In this document: one piece after another, positions 15,934 through 26,408 of the stretch
Layout of the letters: every line of letters begins with the position of its first letter
Position numbering within the stretch: position 1 is the stretch's first letter
Source: a virus
Length of the DNA: 50,496 bases
IMG/VR virus record: IMGVR_UViG_3300045988_030456
Location: 1-50,496 of that record
Reading direction: 5' to 3' (one strand)
Notes under the pieces: model-generated
What the model saw: only the letters and a program-made list of their open reading frames with translations
The model's database searches: none
What the model was told of the DNA's origin: nothing
Translations under genes and position numbers: made by a program

Positions 15934-18900
15934 TTATTTCTCTTCTCCCCATGCCACTATAAGTCCATTTTTAACAGTTACTACAGTCCAATAATACGTG
16001 CCGTTAACCATTTTATATACACAACGTCTTGTTCCAGAAAACGTGGAGTATCCACCGGCTGAAACTTCGCCGTCTAAATCAACATTCTTCAACGACCAGT
16101 TGTGCATATCAACATCACTATAGCAATCAACGTCTGTTCCGTTCGGAATGTAGATACTATCCAAAAGCCTTGCATTTCGAATGTTTGAGCCATCACAATC
16201 CAAATCGCAACCAAGGTATAATCTTCCGGCAGTGTAATGTGAAAATGATTTGTGCGCATATAACAATTTTACTGAATAGAGAGATTGAGCACTATCTGCT
16301 GCTGCCCACGCCATATAAGACGCATCATTGTCTAAGTCGAATACAAGTCCGGTACTGTTTGGATATCCTGACATTTCATTTTTGCCAACGGAACCAATCG
16401 ATGTACCTGAATTATATACCCAAAGTTTCCCATTCCTTAAAGAAGCAACATCTGAACCGCTTTTTGATGTTATGGTTCCGTTTTTGACATCGATTCCATC
16501 GTTGTCCCATGCTCCTATCACTTTTCCAGAATTATCTATAATTTCAAGAGTTCCATGTTCGTTATTTTCCCCACCGAGAGTTAATTTACCACTTTTGATA
16601 TATGTAGCATTAACATACAAGTCTCCGTTTTCTATATATATTCCTTGTGCTTTCCCGTTATTTGTCAGCCGATTAAAGATATCTTCCTGTGTCAGTGCTG
16701 CGTCCAAGTCATCTACTGCGGAATCATCCGTATATTTAACAGCTTTCTCCCAATCCGTAGTTATAAATGCACCGGATGCTTTAGCAACTTTGCACCGCAT
16801 TAAATCTCCGCTTTTCCCCTGTGTCCAAAGGTCGCCGACATCATAAGGCGGTGCCGGTGTGGTGACGAATACTCTACGCTTGCTGTCTGCCGTGTCCTGT
16901 GCATTGGACGCATCATTCATTGCCTTGTCTATTTGACTGTCCTTTATTCGGAACCACTGCCATACACTGTCAATCTTAAGGAATCGGTATGTATAACCTT
17001 TTGTTTTCCAAAAGAACAGGTCACCGTTGTGTACGGTTTTTAATTCATCGGTTGTCCATGCGGATGCCGGAACGTTGCTAAGTGTCGGCTCGTAATCGTA
17101 GAAATAGGTGTCAATCTTTCCGTCAATCTGTGTCTGGATATCTTCTATCTTCGGGTCGTAGGTATTCTGAATGAAATCATTTACCGTGGAATCATCCGTA
17201 TAGTTATCTTTCTTTCCCCAGTCCGAAGCATCAAAGTTTCCGCTTTCTCTTGCAGTCGTGCACACCTTTATATCCGTACCTGTGAACCAGGTGTCGCCGA
17301 CATCGTAAGGTGGCTTTGGCTGTGTGACATATATAGATGCTTTTCCGTCAATCTTGTCAAATACTTCATCCGGAATAGAGGATTCAACCCAGTGTCCGCT
17401 CTGATAAATGTATTCTTTATTTCCTGTCTTGGTGTGCCACAAATCACCCTCATGCATGGCTTTTTCTGATTCTATGACAAGCAAAATTTCGTTTTCGTTT
17501 ACATCAAGAATCTTGTTTCCGTTCACGTCACACCATGCAGTTGTTTCTACTGTTGTCCACGAAAGAGCCGGGTCTTCATCTTGATACCAGGTTTCAATCT
17601 TTTGGTCGAGCTGTTCTTTGATTTTTTCAACATCTTCTGCATAAGTGTTTTTGATGAAATTCTCAACGGCTGTATCATCTGTGTATTTGTTGCGTTTCTC
17701 CCAGTCGGAAGATGTAAAATCTCCTGTCTCACGGCTTTTTACGCACGTCATAATATCAGATGTGGAACTGTCAAACCACAAATCACCGGAACTATATGGT
17801 GTAGATGGTGTGTTAATGAATATCTGTGCTTTTCCGTCAATTTCGTCAAATACCGCATCCGGGACAGGCATTTTTACCCATTCACCGGATTCTGAATACC
17901 GGTACTCTTCGTTCGTGGTTGTGTTCTTCCACAGATCACCGATATGAGATGCTTTGCTTTCCTCAAAGTAGAGATACATTTCATTCCCGTCTGTGTCGAG
18001 AATTGCATTTCCATCCACATCACACCAAGGTATTTCTGCAATTCCACCCCAGTTAACCGCCGGGTCGGTAGGCTGATACCATGTTTCAATCTTGTTTGCA
18101 ACTTGGTCTTTCAGATTATTGATGTCTTTTGTGTATACATTGTCAACAAAATTTTTGACAGCTATGTTTGCGATAGCTTCAAGTGTCTGTCCACCGATGG
18201 AAACTGATTCCGCACGGATATCCACACGTCCTGTTTCGGTATCTGCATAAAACGTAATGTTGCCGTCTTTGTCCCTGATAGTTAATGCCCCTGTGTTAAT
18301 ATAATCCGCATTTATTCCGATAGCATACAATACTTTTGCCACTAAATCACCAGTAAGAAAGAAGCCGTAAGGATAGGTCTGCCCACCGTCTGTTGATACA
18401 CCTACAGCATCGGATGTAATCTTGATGACGTTTTCGGATTCACTCATTGTCGGCTTGTCATGCAGATATGTTATATAAGAGCCGTCAGTTTGTCTCACCT
18501 TACTGGTGTACATTCCTTTTGCATTTGCGAGAGTGGTCTGCAAATTCTCAATAGCAGATTCCATTTCTTTACGGTTTTTGTCAGCTTCTGCCTGTGCTTT
18601 GTGGTACATCTCAGCGGATTCGCTGTAGTATGTACTGCTATTTGTTTCCGGGTCTTTGATGCCACAAGACAGTTCTGATTCTCCCGGATAAGAAAAATCA
18701 TGTGTGGTTATCACTGTTTTGTACGCTTTGTCGTTTTGGTCTACGATAACGGCACAATCCATGATTTCTGCGGTCGGGTAAGGAAAAAACGTTCCAGAGA
18801 ACGATGTCAGTGTCACACCGTTCAACACATCTCCGATTAATTCCAGTGCTTTTTCTTCTGCTCCAGTGATTAATGGATTGGTTATAGTCAATGCATAGTC

Positions 18901-19713
18901 GTCCGTTCCGTTCAGATATTCTACGTCCTTGTTGTTTACACGCTTTGTAGTTCGGATTCCAGTAATCGTTACCGGGTTCATCCCTACTGTTGGATAATCC
19001 GAATATTCTGATAAAACATGGTACTTTGCGTTTTGCGTTGACAATTCAGTGTACAGAGTACCGTCTGTAACGTCTTTGAGTGGCTCAAAATCGTAACTTT
19101 TAATGCTAAGTGAACCATTCTTAATAATTGCATTTCCGACCGCTATTTGAGCAATATAGCCAATGATTTTACGAGCCGTTGTCTTTTCCGGCATGCTCTG
19201 AATTTGAAAATTTTCGTTCTTGAAATGAGCATCTGCAGCTGTAATTCCAACGAACGCACAGACTTCTAATAACAGGTTTCTTGCAGTTGCCGGATAGGAA
19301 AGCTGAGAAGTAAATTCTTTATTGGTTTTATACATAGCATCATAAGCTGTGATTTCTATAACTTCTCCCGTTGCTACCGGAGAAGTGACATAAAATATGC
19401 CCTCATTTATTCTTTCCTGTGTACCATCTTCCAAGTCTGCTTCTGTGTATAATGTGATCTGTGAATAAAAGAAATCATAATCCGAAAATCTTCCATCCTC
19501 ATTGAACAAGGACAATGTGATAGTTTTGGACAGAGCGGAACCCAGCGGTAAATCATCACCGCCGGATTCCGAATATCCGTTGTCAGAAATGGCAAAATCA
19601 TCCTCTGAGTTTAGTGTTATTTCAGAACCATCTGAAAATAAAACTTTTGCGTAAGAGTAAAATGGCCCGCCATTCTTTATAACTTTTTTAAAATTGTTAC
19701 TTACATTTTTCAT
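15934..19713 (-). CDS. Large tail-tip / host-specificity protein (1259 aa) with three internal tandem repeat modules
   Basis: It follows the tape measure and Dit-position genes. Three modules of about 150 aa each carry ...ETWYQ...DPA..W...GDLW...Y.Y..G.W......D..DGKA.I....P..PY..GD.W. Confidence 0.7.
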   Translation of the reverse strand: MKNVSNNFKKVIKNGGPFYSYAKVLFSDGSEITLNSEDDFAISDNGYSESGGDDLPLGSALSKTITLSLFNEDGRFSDYDFFYSQITLYTEADLEDGTQERINEGIFYVTSPVATGEVIEITAYDAMYKTNKEFTSQLSYPATARNLLLEVCAFVGITAADAHFKNENFQIQSMPEKTTARKIIGYIAQIAVGNAIIKNGSLSIKSYDFEPLKDVTDGTLYTELSTQNAKYHVLSEYSDYPTVGMNPVTITGIRTTKRVNNKDVEYLNGTDDYALTITNPLITGAEEKALELIGDVLNGVTLTSFSGTFFPYPTAEIMDCAVIVDQNDKAYKTVITTHDFSYPGESELSCGIKDPETNSSTYYSESAEMYHKAQAEADKNRKEMESAIENLQTTLANAKGMYTSKVRQTDGSYITYLHDKPTMSESENVIKITSDAVGVSTDGGQTYPYGFFLTGDLVAKVLYAIGINADYINTGALTIRDKDGNITFYADTETGRVDIRAESVSIGGQTLEAIANIAVKNFVDNVYTKDINNLKDQVANKIETWYQPTDPAVNWGGIAEIPWCDVDGNAILDTDGNEMYLYFEESKASHIGDLWKNTTTNEEYRYSESGEWVKMPVPDAVFDEIDGKAQIFINTPSTPYSSGDLWFDSSTSDIMTCVKSRETGDFTSSDWEKRNKYTDDTAVENFIKNTYAEDVEKIKEQLDQKIETWYQDEDPALSWTTVETTAWCDVNGNKILDVNENEILLVIESEKAMHEGDLWHTKTGNKEYIYQSGHWVESSIPDEVFDKIDGKASIYVTQPKPPYDVGDTWFTGTDIKVCTTARESGNFDASDWGKKDNYTDDSTVNDFIQNTYDPKIEDIQTQIDGKIDTYFYDYEPTLSNVPASAWTTDELKTVHNGDLFFWKTKGYTYRFLKIDSVWQWFRIKDSQIDKAMNDASNAQDTADSKRRVFVTTPAPPYDVGDLWTQGKSGDLMRCKVAKASGAFITTDWEKAVKYTDDSAVDDLDAALTQEDIFNRLTNNGKAQGIYIENGDLYVNATYIKSGKLTLGGENNEHGTLEIIDNSGKVIGAWDNDGIDVKNGTITSKSGSDVASLRNGKLWVYNSGTSIGSVGKNEMSGYPNSTGLVFDLDNDASYMAWAAADSAQSLYSVKLLYAHKSFSHYTAGRLYLGCDLDCDGSNIRNARLLDSIYIPNGTDVDCYSDVDMHNWSLKNVDLDGEVSAGGYSTFSGTRRCVYKMVNGTYYWTVVTVKNGLIVAWGEEK

Positions 19714-19730
19714 CTTCTACCCCTAACTAT

Positions 19731-19763
19731 TTAAGGTCAGCGACTGTCTCAATCGACAGCCGG
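19731..19763 (-). promoter_or_regulatory. Late-gene leader motif copy A (CCGG-hairpin-TCGCTGACCTTAA)
   Basis: Minus strand: CCGGCTGTCGATTGAGACAGTCGCTGACCTTAA. It lies between stop 19770 and ATG 19713. Confidence 0.55.
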
Positions 19764-19769
19764 AGTTAT

Positions 19770-20156
19770 TTATAATGACAACGGATTGATACAAGTTACT
19801 TGAAAGCTTAATTCACTATACCTTTCTTCTCCGTTATTAAGACGTACAACCGGAAGATTATAATTAGAAGCATAGAATTTTCCAGTTTCCCACTGCGCTT
19901 TATATGCGTTAAAATGGTAGAAATCAAATTCATTTTTATTCATAACCTGTCGGAGTATATTTGACGCTTCTTTTGCACTGATATCTGTCCATTTTAAGTT
20001 ATATGCTTCTACGGTAAACATTACCGTGTTTTTCATATTCCCTTTTTGCGTACGTGCAGACTTTGCAGTAGAGGTTGTCGCAAGTTGTACTGTATATCCG
20101 TCTTCGTCAACGTCCGGGGCGGTGTATGTTCCGAACATCAAATGCTCCTGTGCCAT
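19770..20156 (-). CDS. Tail component in the distal-tail-protein position (128 aa)
   Basis: ORF track. It lies between the tape measure and tail-tip genes. Confidence 0.45.
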   Translation of the reverse strand: MAQEHLMFGTYTAPDVDEDGYTVQLATTSTAKSARTQKGNMKNTVMFTVEAYNLKWTDISAKEASNILRQVMNKNEFDFYHFNAYKAQWETGKFYASNYNLPVVRLNNGEERYSELSFQVTCINPLSL

Positions 20157-20167
20157 ATCATCACCCC

Positions 20168-23100
20168 CTACGCCATCTCAAACGGATTCATACCCGTCTG
20201 TGACATTACTACTTTTCCCTCTTCTACCACTGCTTTATATATCTGCTTACCTTTCAGATATACTGGGATTTCAATGCGCTGTTTCTGTCCACCGCCGGAT
20301 TCTTCTCTTACGATCTGCCGGATTAAGCTTTCCGGTGCTTCGATGTTGTTTCCGTTCTTCTGGTCGCCGAGTACCGCCATGAACTCTTTGTTTGGTGGAA
20401 TTACCGCACCTTTTGCAAGATACGGGATATAGTTCGGACTCCAATAACCAATATTAAATCCAACAGAACTCCAACCTGTAAACTTCTGCAACCATTTTGG
20501 CAACCGAATATTCATGTGGTTCATAGCACTTGCAAATCCGTTCTGCATCCTCTGGAATCCACGTAACATAGCGTTCATAAAGCTGATGATTAGATTTACC
20601 GGACTTTTTACAACCGATGCCATTGCGTTCCAAATTCCGGCGAATATATTCTTAATACCATTCCACGCTCTTCGCCAATTCCCAGACAAAACACCATTTA
20701 CAAAATTTACAATACCGTTAAATATCTGTTTTACCGAATCGAAAAGATTTTTAATATTCTGCGCCCATCCGTTCATATAATCGCCAATGATTCCAAATGC
20801 CTTTGTCCAGTCTGTTTTAAAAATACCATTCACAAATTTTGAAAACGGTGTTAAAACGAAATTCTTAATGAATTCAAAAACTTGGTTCACAAGGGTCTTT
20901 ATTAAGTTAAGTGGCGTGGTGACTATTGTTGCCATTAAATTCCATACGCCAATAAAAATATCTTTTATTCCCTCCCAGGCTTGTTTCCAATTGCCGGTAA
21001 ATACTCCTGTAAAAAATTCAACGATACCGTTAAATATCTGTTTTATACCATCAATGATATTGCTGATAGTGGAAAAGAAAAGATTCATGTAATCGCCAAT
21101 AATTCCGAATTGTTTTGTCCAATCGGTTACAAACGCATTACTGAGCCAATCTGCAAAATTTAACATTGTCTGTTTTACTTGATCCCAATGAGTTACTAAA
21201 AGTACAAGGATTGCAATCACAGCCGTTATTACAATCGGGATTATTCCAACTGAGGATATAATCGCACTAATTGCACCGATAAGACCTTCAGATCCAAGTA
21301 TTGAAATCAATCCAGATATTCCGTTGACGATCATTGCGATTAATGGTGTGATTTTTCCGGCAGCAAACGCACCCATCAAAAGCGAGCCGATCAATTCAAT
21401 TATCCAAGAGTGCTTGCTTAAAAAGTCAAAGAATCCTGCTATTCCATTAATCAATGTCGGTAATCCTTTTTCTATTAGCCACTTCAAAAATGGCAATACA
21501 ATAGTTGTGTATAATTCGTACACATAATCACCAATGACTTTAATTAATGGTTGTAATTTTTCCAAAACATTTCTAATCGAATCGAGTAATGGATAAAAAT
21601 CAAGTTTTCCACCCCAATCAGCCGTTGCCCATACAATCTTATTAATAATATCTAGGATTGTTTGGAAAATATCAGCAATTGCCTGTACAATTGCCGTACC
21701 GACTTTGTTTTTGTTCCATGCCACATCTAATTGTCTTGCAACATTCCCGATAGTCGTAAAAATTCCTTGCGTTATTTGCAAAATTGTTTCCAAAATCTTT
21801 GTGCCTGTACCATTTGTCCAAACTTCAAGCATGCTCTTTCCGACATCTGTCACCAGATTTTTTAATTCGGTAAAAGCGTATTTAGCAGAATCAATAGTAT
21901 TTTGTCCCTCTTTGTCCCACGCTTCTTTGAACGGTTTGAATATTTGCGAGAGAATATCCTTTAACTTTTCCAAGATTGGAATATCTGAAATTGCCACCTC
22001 TTCAAACATCGGTGACGTTCCACTGCCACCGCCAGTATTCGGTGTACTACTTGATGGATTTTTAGAACCGGAATTGTTTTTATCCTGTTGTTCCGTGTAT
22101 CGGTTCAAATCATCCAATGGCGAAAGATAATCCTCTGTAGCGTCAGTTGCGTCTTCTGTAGCGTCTGCAACATCTTTTGTACTGTCTGCATCTTTCTTTG
22201 CGCTGGATGCCGTCTTATCTAAACTCTTCGCATAGTCTTTTTGCACTGCTATAGCTTTCGTATATGTTTTCTTACCGCTTAGGAAAGCGAAGAACATACT
22301 TACATAGCTTGCAGCTGTCGAAATCATGTCGATAAACTTAGACAGTATCGGTGCTACTACGGAAAGTATCGGGGCAAATGCTGTTGCGAGTGAGTTTTGC
22401 AAGCGTACCAAACTGCCCCACAACATCGACAAGCTGTTATTTGTATCACTGGAATACTGAGACAGGTTGTCGAATCCCACTTTGATTCCGCTCATCACAG
22501 CCGAAAACGCACGGAAAGCAACACTCATAAGCAAGGACATACCAAGCATACGGCCAAGGCTCATTCTTGCGCCACCGGCAGATTTCGAAACACCTTTTAT
22601 GGATTTTGATGCCCGCTTGCCGGATGAACTCATTTTATCGTTCGCATCTGAAGCTTTAAGCGTTTTGGACTTATATTCGTCTACAGTTCCTTTTATGGAT
22701 TTGTAAGACGTATTTAACCGATCATTGATATTTGCGAGTTTGTCTTCTGCTACCGCAAGCTTTTCCATATCGGATTTTGCTTCTTTGGTTCCTGTTCCTG
22801 TTCGGAATGCAGTGCCACTTGCTTCTAAGTCCTTTAATTCTCCCTCAGCATATTTGATAGTATTTGCAAGCTCATCAATGTCATATTGCTGTCTCTTGTA
22901 AGTATTAGAGTTCTTCTTTCCACCATTTGCAAGAAAACGTTCCTGTGCTTCTGTGAGCCGATTCATCTTTGCTGTTGCTTGATCTATCTGTGCCTGTATT
23001 TCCCTGTATTCCTCTGTCGGAATCTTCTGGTTGCCATATTCGGCTACTTTTCTTTTTAATTCTTCTACTTTTTCGGATTGCCTAGCATATTCCCGGCTAA

Positions 23101-23272
23101 GTTTTGAGAACGAATCAATCTGTTTCTCTATTGATGCTTTGGTTTTGGCACTAACTCCATTCAGTTCATTTGCCATTTTTCTCAGTGATGATTCTATCTC
23201 TCTGCCACCGGCACTCATACCATCCGAGTTGATTTCGGTATCAATAATAATGCTACCGTCTGCCTGTGCCAT
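20168..23272 (-). CDS. Tail tape measure protein (1034 aa)
   Basis: Its size, N-terminal coiled coil, central hydrophobic Gly/Ala-rich segments and repeated ...F.GI..F..G...GNW..AW.GIK.IF.G.W motifs fit a tape measure. It follows the chaperone genes. Confidence 0.9.
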   Translation of the reverse strand: MAQADGSIIIDTEINSDGMSAGGREIESSLRKMANELNGVSAKTKASIEKQIDSFSKLSREYARQSEKVEELKRKVAEYGNQKIPTEEYREIQAQIDQATAKMNRLTEAQERFLANGGKKNSNTYKRQQYDIDELANTIKYAEGELKDLEASGTAFRTGTGTKEAKSDMEKLAVAEDKLANINDRLNTSYKSIKGTVDEYKSKTLKASDANDKMSSSGKRASKSIKGVSKSAGGARMSLGRMLGMSLLMSVAFRAFSAVMSGIKVGFDNLSQYSSDTNNSLSMLWGSLVRLQNSLATAFAPILSVVAPILSKFIDMISTAASYVSMFFAFLSGKKTYTKAIAVQKDYAKSLDKTASSAKKDADSTKDVADATEDATDATEDYLSPLDDLNRYTEQQDKNNSGSKNPSSSTPNTGGGSGTSPMFEEVAISDIPILEKLKDILSQIFKPFKEAWDKEGQNTIDSAKYAFTELKNLVTDVGKSMLEVWTNGTGTKILETILQITQGIFTTIGNVARQLDVAWNKNKVGTAIVQAIADIFQTILDIINKIVWATADWGGKLDFYPLLDSIRNVLEKLQPLIKVIGDYVYELYTTIVLPFLKWLIEKGLPTLINGIAGFFDFLSKHSWIIELIGSLLMGAFAAGKITPLIAMIVNGISGLISILGSEGLIGAISAIISSVGIIPIVITAVIAILVLLVTHWDQVKQTMLNFADWLSNAFVTDWTKQFGIIGDYMNLFFSTISNIIDGIKQIFNGIVEFFTGVFTGNWKQAWEGIKDIFIGVWNLMATIVTTPLNLIKTLVNQVFEFIKNFVLTPFSKFVNGIFKTDWTKAFGIIGDYMNGWAQNIKNLFDSVKQIFNGIVNFVNGVLSGNWRRAWNGIKNIFAGIWNAMASVVKSPVNLIISFMNAMLRGFQRMQNGFASAMNHMNIRLPKWLQKFTGWSSVGFNIGYWSPNYIPYLAKGAVIPPNKEFMAVLGDQKNGNNIEAPESLIRQIVREESGGGQKQRIEIPVYLKGKQIYKAVVEEGKVVMSQTGMNPFEMA

Positions 23273-23286
23273 AGCAATTCCTTTCT

Positions 23287-23332
23287 ACCGTTAATTTTTT
23301 ACGGTCAGCGAACATCCACAATTGATGTCCGG
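23287..23332 (-). promoter_or_regulatory. Late-gene leader motif copy B (two hairpins)
   Basis: Minus strand: CCGGACATCAATTGTGGATGTTCGCTGACCGTAAAAAATTAACGGT. It starts right after the TAA of the upstream gene, 15 nt before the RBS of the tape measure gene. Confidence 0.55.
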
Positions 23333-23935
23333 TTATTTCTTCTTGAACCCGAAAAGTTCTCTTAATTCTTCCTTTTCGGCTTCGCTACGTTCCTGTGTTT
23401 TGATTTTTAGATCAACCATGTTTTTGTGTTCTTTATAATAATCCTCTTCCCACTTTTCCAGTTTTTTTCCTCTTCTTTTTTTGTCCCTTATACTGACAAT
23501 AGTGGAAAATGTGCTTTCTCCTACTTCCATATATGCACCAAGGAATGTCCACCAATGCATATATTCTTCCGAACGCACATCCTTTCCTATGGTCTTGTTA
23601 ATGGCCGGGATGACAACAGGAGCATCTTTTTCCCAATCCATCAACTGCGGTCTTGGCTTTTTGCTGTCTTCTTTGAATCCGCAATCTATGAATTCCCCAC
23701 CTTTTTTCATGGCTTCTTCATAGTCTCTAGGGTTCATGCTGTCGAAATCAATATACAGAATTTGCAACAACGTAAGCGCACGCTCTTGATTCTTTTCTTC
23801 TTCCGTCATATCAGGTTCAAATATCTCCGGGTCGTTCATAGCAGAAAGAATATCCAATATCACACGAAAGTCTGTGCGTATCCGATATTCTTTGCCATTA
23901 ATCTCTAAGGAAGTGGGAAGCTTCCACGCATACAT
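23333..23935 (-). CDS. Phage Gp15-family protein (tail assembly chaperone-like)
   Basis: MYAWKLPTSLEINGKEYRIRTDFRVILDILSAMND... resembles the Gp15 family. It lies just upstream of the tape measure gene. Confidence 0.6.
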   Translation of the reverse strand: MYAWKLPTSLEINGKEYRIRTDFRVILDILSAMNDPEIFEPDMTEEEKNQERALTLLQILYIDFDSMNPRDYEEAMKKGGEFIDCGFKEDSKKPRPQLMDWEKDAPVVIPAINKTIGKDVRSEEYMHWWTFLGAYMEVGESTFSTIVSIRDKKRRGKKLEKWEEDYYKEHKNMVDLKIKTQERSEAEKEELRELFGFKKK

Positions 23936-24375
23936 TAGTTATGGTACTTTGCCACATATTTGTTCATGCGACGTTGTACCTTTTTTGATCTGTGGTGAAA
24001 TTCTCTTTCAATTACTTTCGCAACTGCATTGAGAACATTTTCTACATACAGTTCACCGTTTTCCAGTGCTGAAAACGCCCCAAGAATCTTGAAAAAGGAT
24101 TCTCCCGCATCTGCATTGATTAGGTAGGATATTTTTTCCACAATCTCTTTCTCTGCTTTTGATACTCCGTCTTCGCCATCCGGCATTTTGTAAGTGTTGA
24201 AAAATTCGATCACTTCATCCAGTCGGTTTACGATATTTGTATCTGATGGGCGGAATTCAAACACACCAAGTTTTTTCCCTTTTTTGTTCTCAATAGTATA
24301 GGACTTTGAACCATCATCAATGATGATCTTGTTTTCATTGGACGGCTTAATCAATTTATTGCTCATAAGATGCAC
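23935..24375 (-). CDS. Tail assembly chaperone candidate (146 aa)
   Basis: ORF track. It lies between the major tail and Gp15-like genes. Confidence 0.45.
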   Translation of the reverse strand: MHLMSNKLIKPSNENKIIIDDGSKSYTIENKKGKKLGVFEFRPSDTNIVNRLDEVIEFFNTYKMPDGEDGVSKAEKEIVEKISYLINADAGESFFKILGAFSALENGELYVENVLNAVAKVIEREFHHRSKKVQRRMNKYVAKYHN

Positions 24376-24386
24376 CTCTTTCAGAA

Positions 24387-24917
24387 TTAATCAGCCAGTG
24401 AATTTACGCTTGCCGGTAACGCACCGGCTGTAAACTTCGGGTTTCCTGTTTTAAGTGATTCAGCCGTTACATAGCCTTTTGTTCTATCACCATCGAACGA
24501 AATGTTGAATGGGATATTCACTCCGGCTGTGTCACCGCCGTAGCTCTGAGGTTTTACGAGCACTTCCTGTACATAGGCAAGATGATTCTCTGCGCTTGTG
24601 TCTTCCACGATCACTTCAAGCATCAGTGTTTTGCAAGCATCACCTTTTAACTGGTCAAGCGCAATGTCTCTAATGTGTGGATATAATTTTGAATCCGGGT
24701 CCGCATAGAACGGGTCTGCACTAATGGACGGCTCATACCCGTTGTCTGTTGTTTTTGTCTTGCCAAGAATCGTTTTCTTGGTCGATGTATCCGGGTTGAG
24801 TTCGACAGACATTTCTTCAATGTCTTCTCCGACAACTTCAAACTCTGCGGATGATAAGACTTTTTTGAATGTGGTGTCTAAATAGTGTGCTAATGCTTCA
24901 CGATTTAACTGTCCCAT
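24387..24917 (-). CDS. Major tail protein (176 aa from ATG 24917)
   Basis: ORF 24387..24968 trimmed to MGQLNREALAHYLDTTF..., which has an AAAGGAAAG RBS. The N-terminal extension in the track overlaps the leader motif. Confidence 0.6.
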   Translation of the reverse strand: MGQLNREALAHYLDTTFKKVLSSAEFEVVGEDIEEMSVELNPDTSTKKTILGKTKTTDNGYEPSISADPFYADPDSKLYPHIRDIALDQLKGDACKTLMLEVIVEDTSAENHLAYVQEVLVKPQSYGGDTAGVNIPFNISFDGDRTKGYVTAESLKTGNPKFTAGALPASVNSLAD

Positions 24918-24933
24918 ATTATCTTTCCTTTCT

Positions 24934-24979
24934 ACCGTTAATTTTTTACGGTCAGCGAGCATCTTCAATTGATGTCCGG
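24934..24979 (-). promoter_or_regulatory. Late-gene leader motif copy C (two hairpins)
   Basis: Minus strand: CCGGACATCAATTGAAGATGCTCGCTGACCGTAAAAAATTAACGGT. It is nearly identical to copy B. Confidence 0.55.
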
Positions 24980-25498
24980 TTAATTAGTTCTTCTGAATAT
25001 ATTCCTGTATTTGAGAGACATACTAATCACCCAGTCTTGCACATTGTTTTCGTAAGTTTTGTCAAGGTATGATGGTGTGATTCTTGTAATCTCTTCTATT
25101 TTTCGTTCCTCTGTAAGTGTTGGGTAAGATGTAAGCCTATGCTTTTCGCCATCAACCACAATTGTTTGTCGTTCCAGCCATTTACCTACACTATCAAGAA
25201 ATTCCTTGATATCCGCTTTCATATTCGGGGAATCACGGGATGTCCTGTACACGATATAAAATGGGTAGTTGCAAAGCTGATTCACCTTACCTGTTATCGA
25301 TTTTTTCTCCTGTGCAATCACCGCACCGGATACCGGATAGAATGCTATTCCATCATCTTCTTTCAGAGTGGAGAATTTAAACACTTCTCCGGTTTCCAAT
25401 CCTGGATACTGATTCAGCAAATCTTTAAGTGCATTTGTTACAATGTCGTATCCGTCAACATCGTATTTCACTGTTTTTTTACTATCCACCGCCTGCAC
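24980..25498 (-). CDS. Tail completion / terminator-like protein (172 aa)
   Basis: ORF track and gene order. Confidence 0.4.
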   Translation of the reverse strand: MQAVDSKKTVKYDVDGYDIVTNALKDLLNQYPGLETGEVFKFSTLKEDDGIAFYPVSGAVIAQEKKSITGKVNQLCNYPFYIVYRTSRDSPNMKADIKEFLDSVGKWLERQTIVVDGEKHRLTSYPTLTEERKIEEITRITPSYLDKTYENNVQDWVISMSLKYRNIFRRTN

Positions 25499-25940
25499 GT
25501 TTCTTCACTCCTTTTACCCATGTATCGCAGAATTCATCTTTAGCAGAATCAAACCAATGATCTGTTGCAAAAGGGTTCGGCTCTTTCGAGAACTGAATAT
25601 CACGGTCTGTTACCACCTTTTTCGCCCCCGGTCTCGCCCACGGTGATCCTGTTTCCGGGTCTACCATAACTTTCCCCATGTACAGGTATCTTGCGTAAGG
25701 ACCATATCCGGCGTAAACCTTTCCACTACCTTTCAAGGCTTCGTTCTGCGTATTGGTTGTATCAATCAGCATCCCGTCTCTTTGTGGAATATACTTTTTT
25801 GTGCCTGTCCACACCTGTTCATCTAACCAAAGTTGAGCATCTTGGAATTGCTTTTCAAATCGGTTAAGATTCACATTCACTTTGATGTCAGCTTCAACTA
25901 TCGAGATGTTCGGAAAATGGAACATTCTGCTACGTGCCAT
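25482..25940 (-). CDS. HK97 gp10-like head-tail joining protein (152 aa)
   Basis: ORF track. ...YIPQRDGMLIDTT...GKVYAGYGPYARYLYMG is similar to the minor capsid/gp10 family. Confidence 0.5.
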   Translation of the reverse strand: MARSRMFHFPNISIVEADIKVNVNLNRFEKQFQDAQLWLDEQVWTGTKKYIPQRDGMLIDTTNTQNEALKGSGKVYAGYGPYARYLYMGKVMVDPETGSPWARPGAKKVVTDRDIQFSKEPNPFATDHWFDSAKDEFCDTWVKGVKKRAGGG

Positions 25941-26402
25941 TTACTTTCCCCCTATCTCAAAATGTGGGATAAGTGTGTATGTTCCGACATTGGTGATTAA
26001 GAATACATTGTCGTGATTTTTGTTCATATAATCATAAAAGCCACCATCTCTCCGGCTCTGATAGTCTTCGTCTGCTATCATCTTTTCATCATGTTCGCCC
26101 TCAATAAAAAAGTCACCGCTTGCAAATGTGACGGTATGTCCAAGTGTATCGTTAATTTGTTTCACCCATTTTTTAGGCTCAAGATACTTTTTGCCAGCTA
26201 CTACTTTTTCATCGGACGCCATGTGATACAGAACATGGAGTGTTGCCGTGTCAGCCGTATCAAGTCCTGTCTTTTCAATGTTTGCGGATTTATCAACAAT
26301 GAGTTGAACACCTTTGATTACGGTCGGATACCAAAATATTTCATCCTTTTGATTCACATATTTGTTGAATACAGTTATGGTTTTGTCATACATCGGTATC
26401 AC
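25941..26402 (-). CDS. Head closure / head-tail adaptor candidate (153 aa)
   Basis: ORF track and gene order. Confidence 0.4.
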   Translation of the reverse strand: MIPMYDKTITVFNKYVNQKDEIFWYPTVIKGVQLIVDKSANIEKTGLDTADTATLHVLYHMASDEKVVAGKKYLEPKKWVKQINDTLGHTVTFASGDFFIEGEHDEKMIADEDYQSRRDGGFYDYMNKNHDNVFLITNVGTYTLIPHFEIGGK

Positions 26403-26408
26403 CTCTCG

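Noticed and set aside
16700-18160. Tail-protein internal repeats as additional remote DGR variable regions
   Set aside because: They have no similarity to the TR core or to the GGGGTGCGCCCA end, and the differences among copies are not adenine-specific.
20026-23294. Multiple 60-140-aa plus-strand ORFs inside the tape-measure region; also 28113..28808, 45667..46608 and 49678..50346
   Set aside because: They are antisense shadows of long, well-supported minus-strand genes. They have hydrophobic low-complexity translations and no RBS or promoter context.
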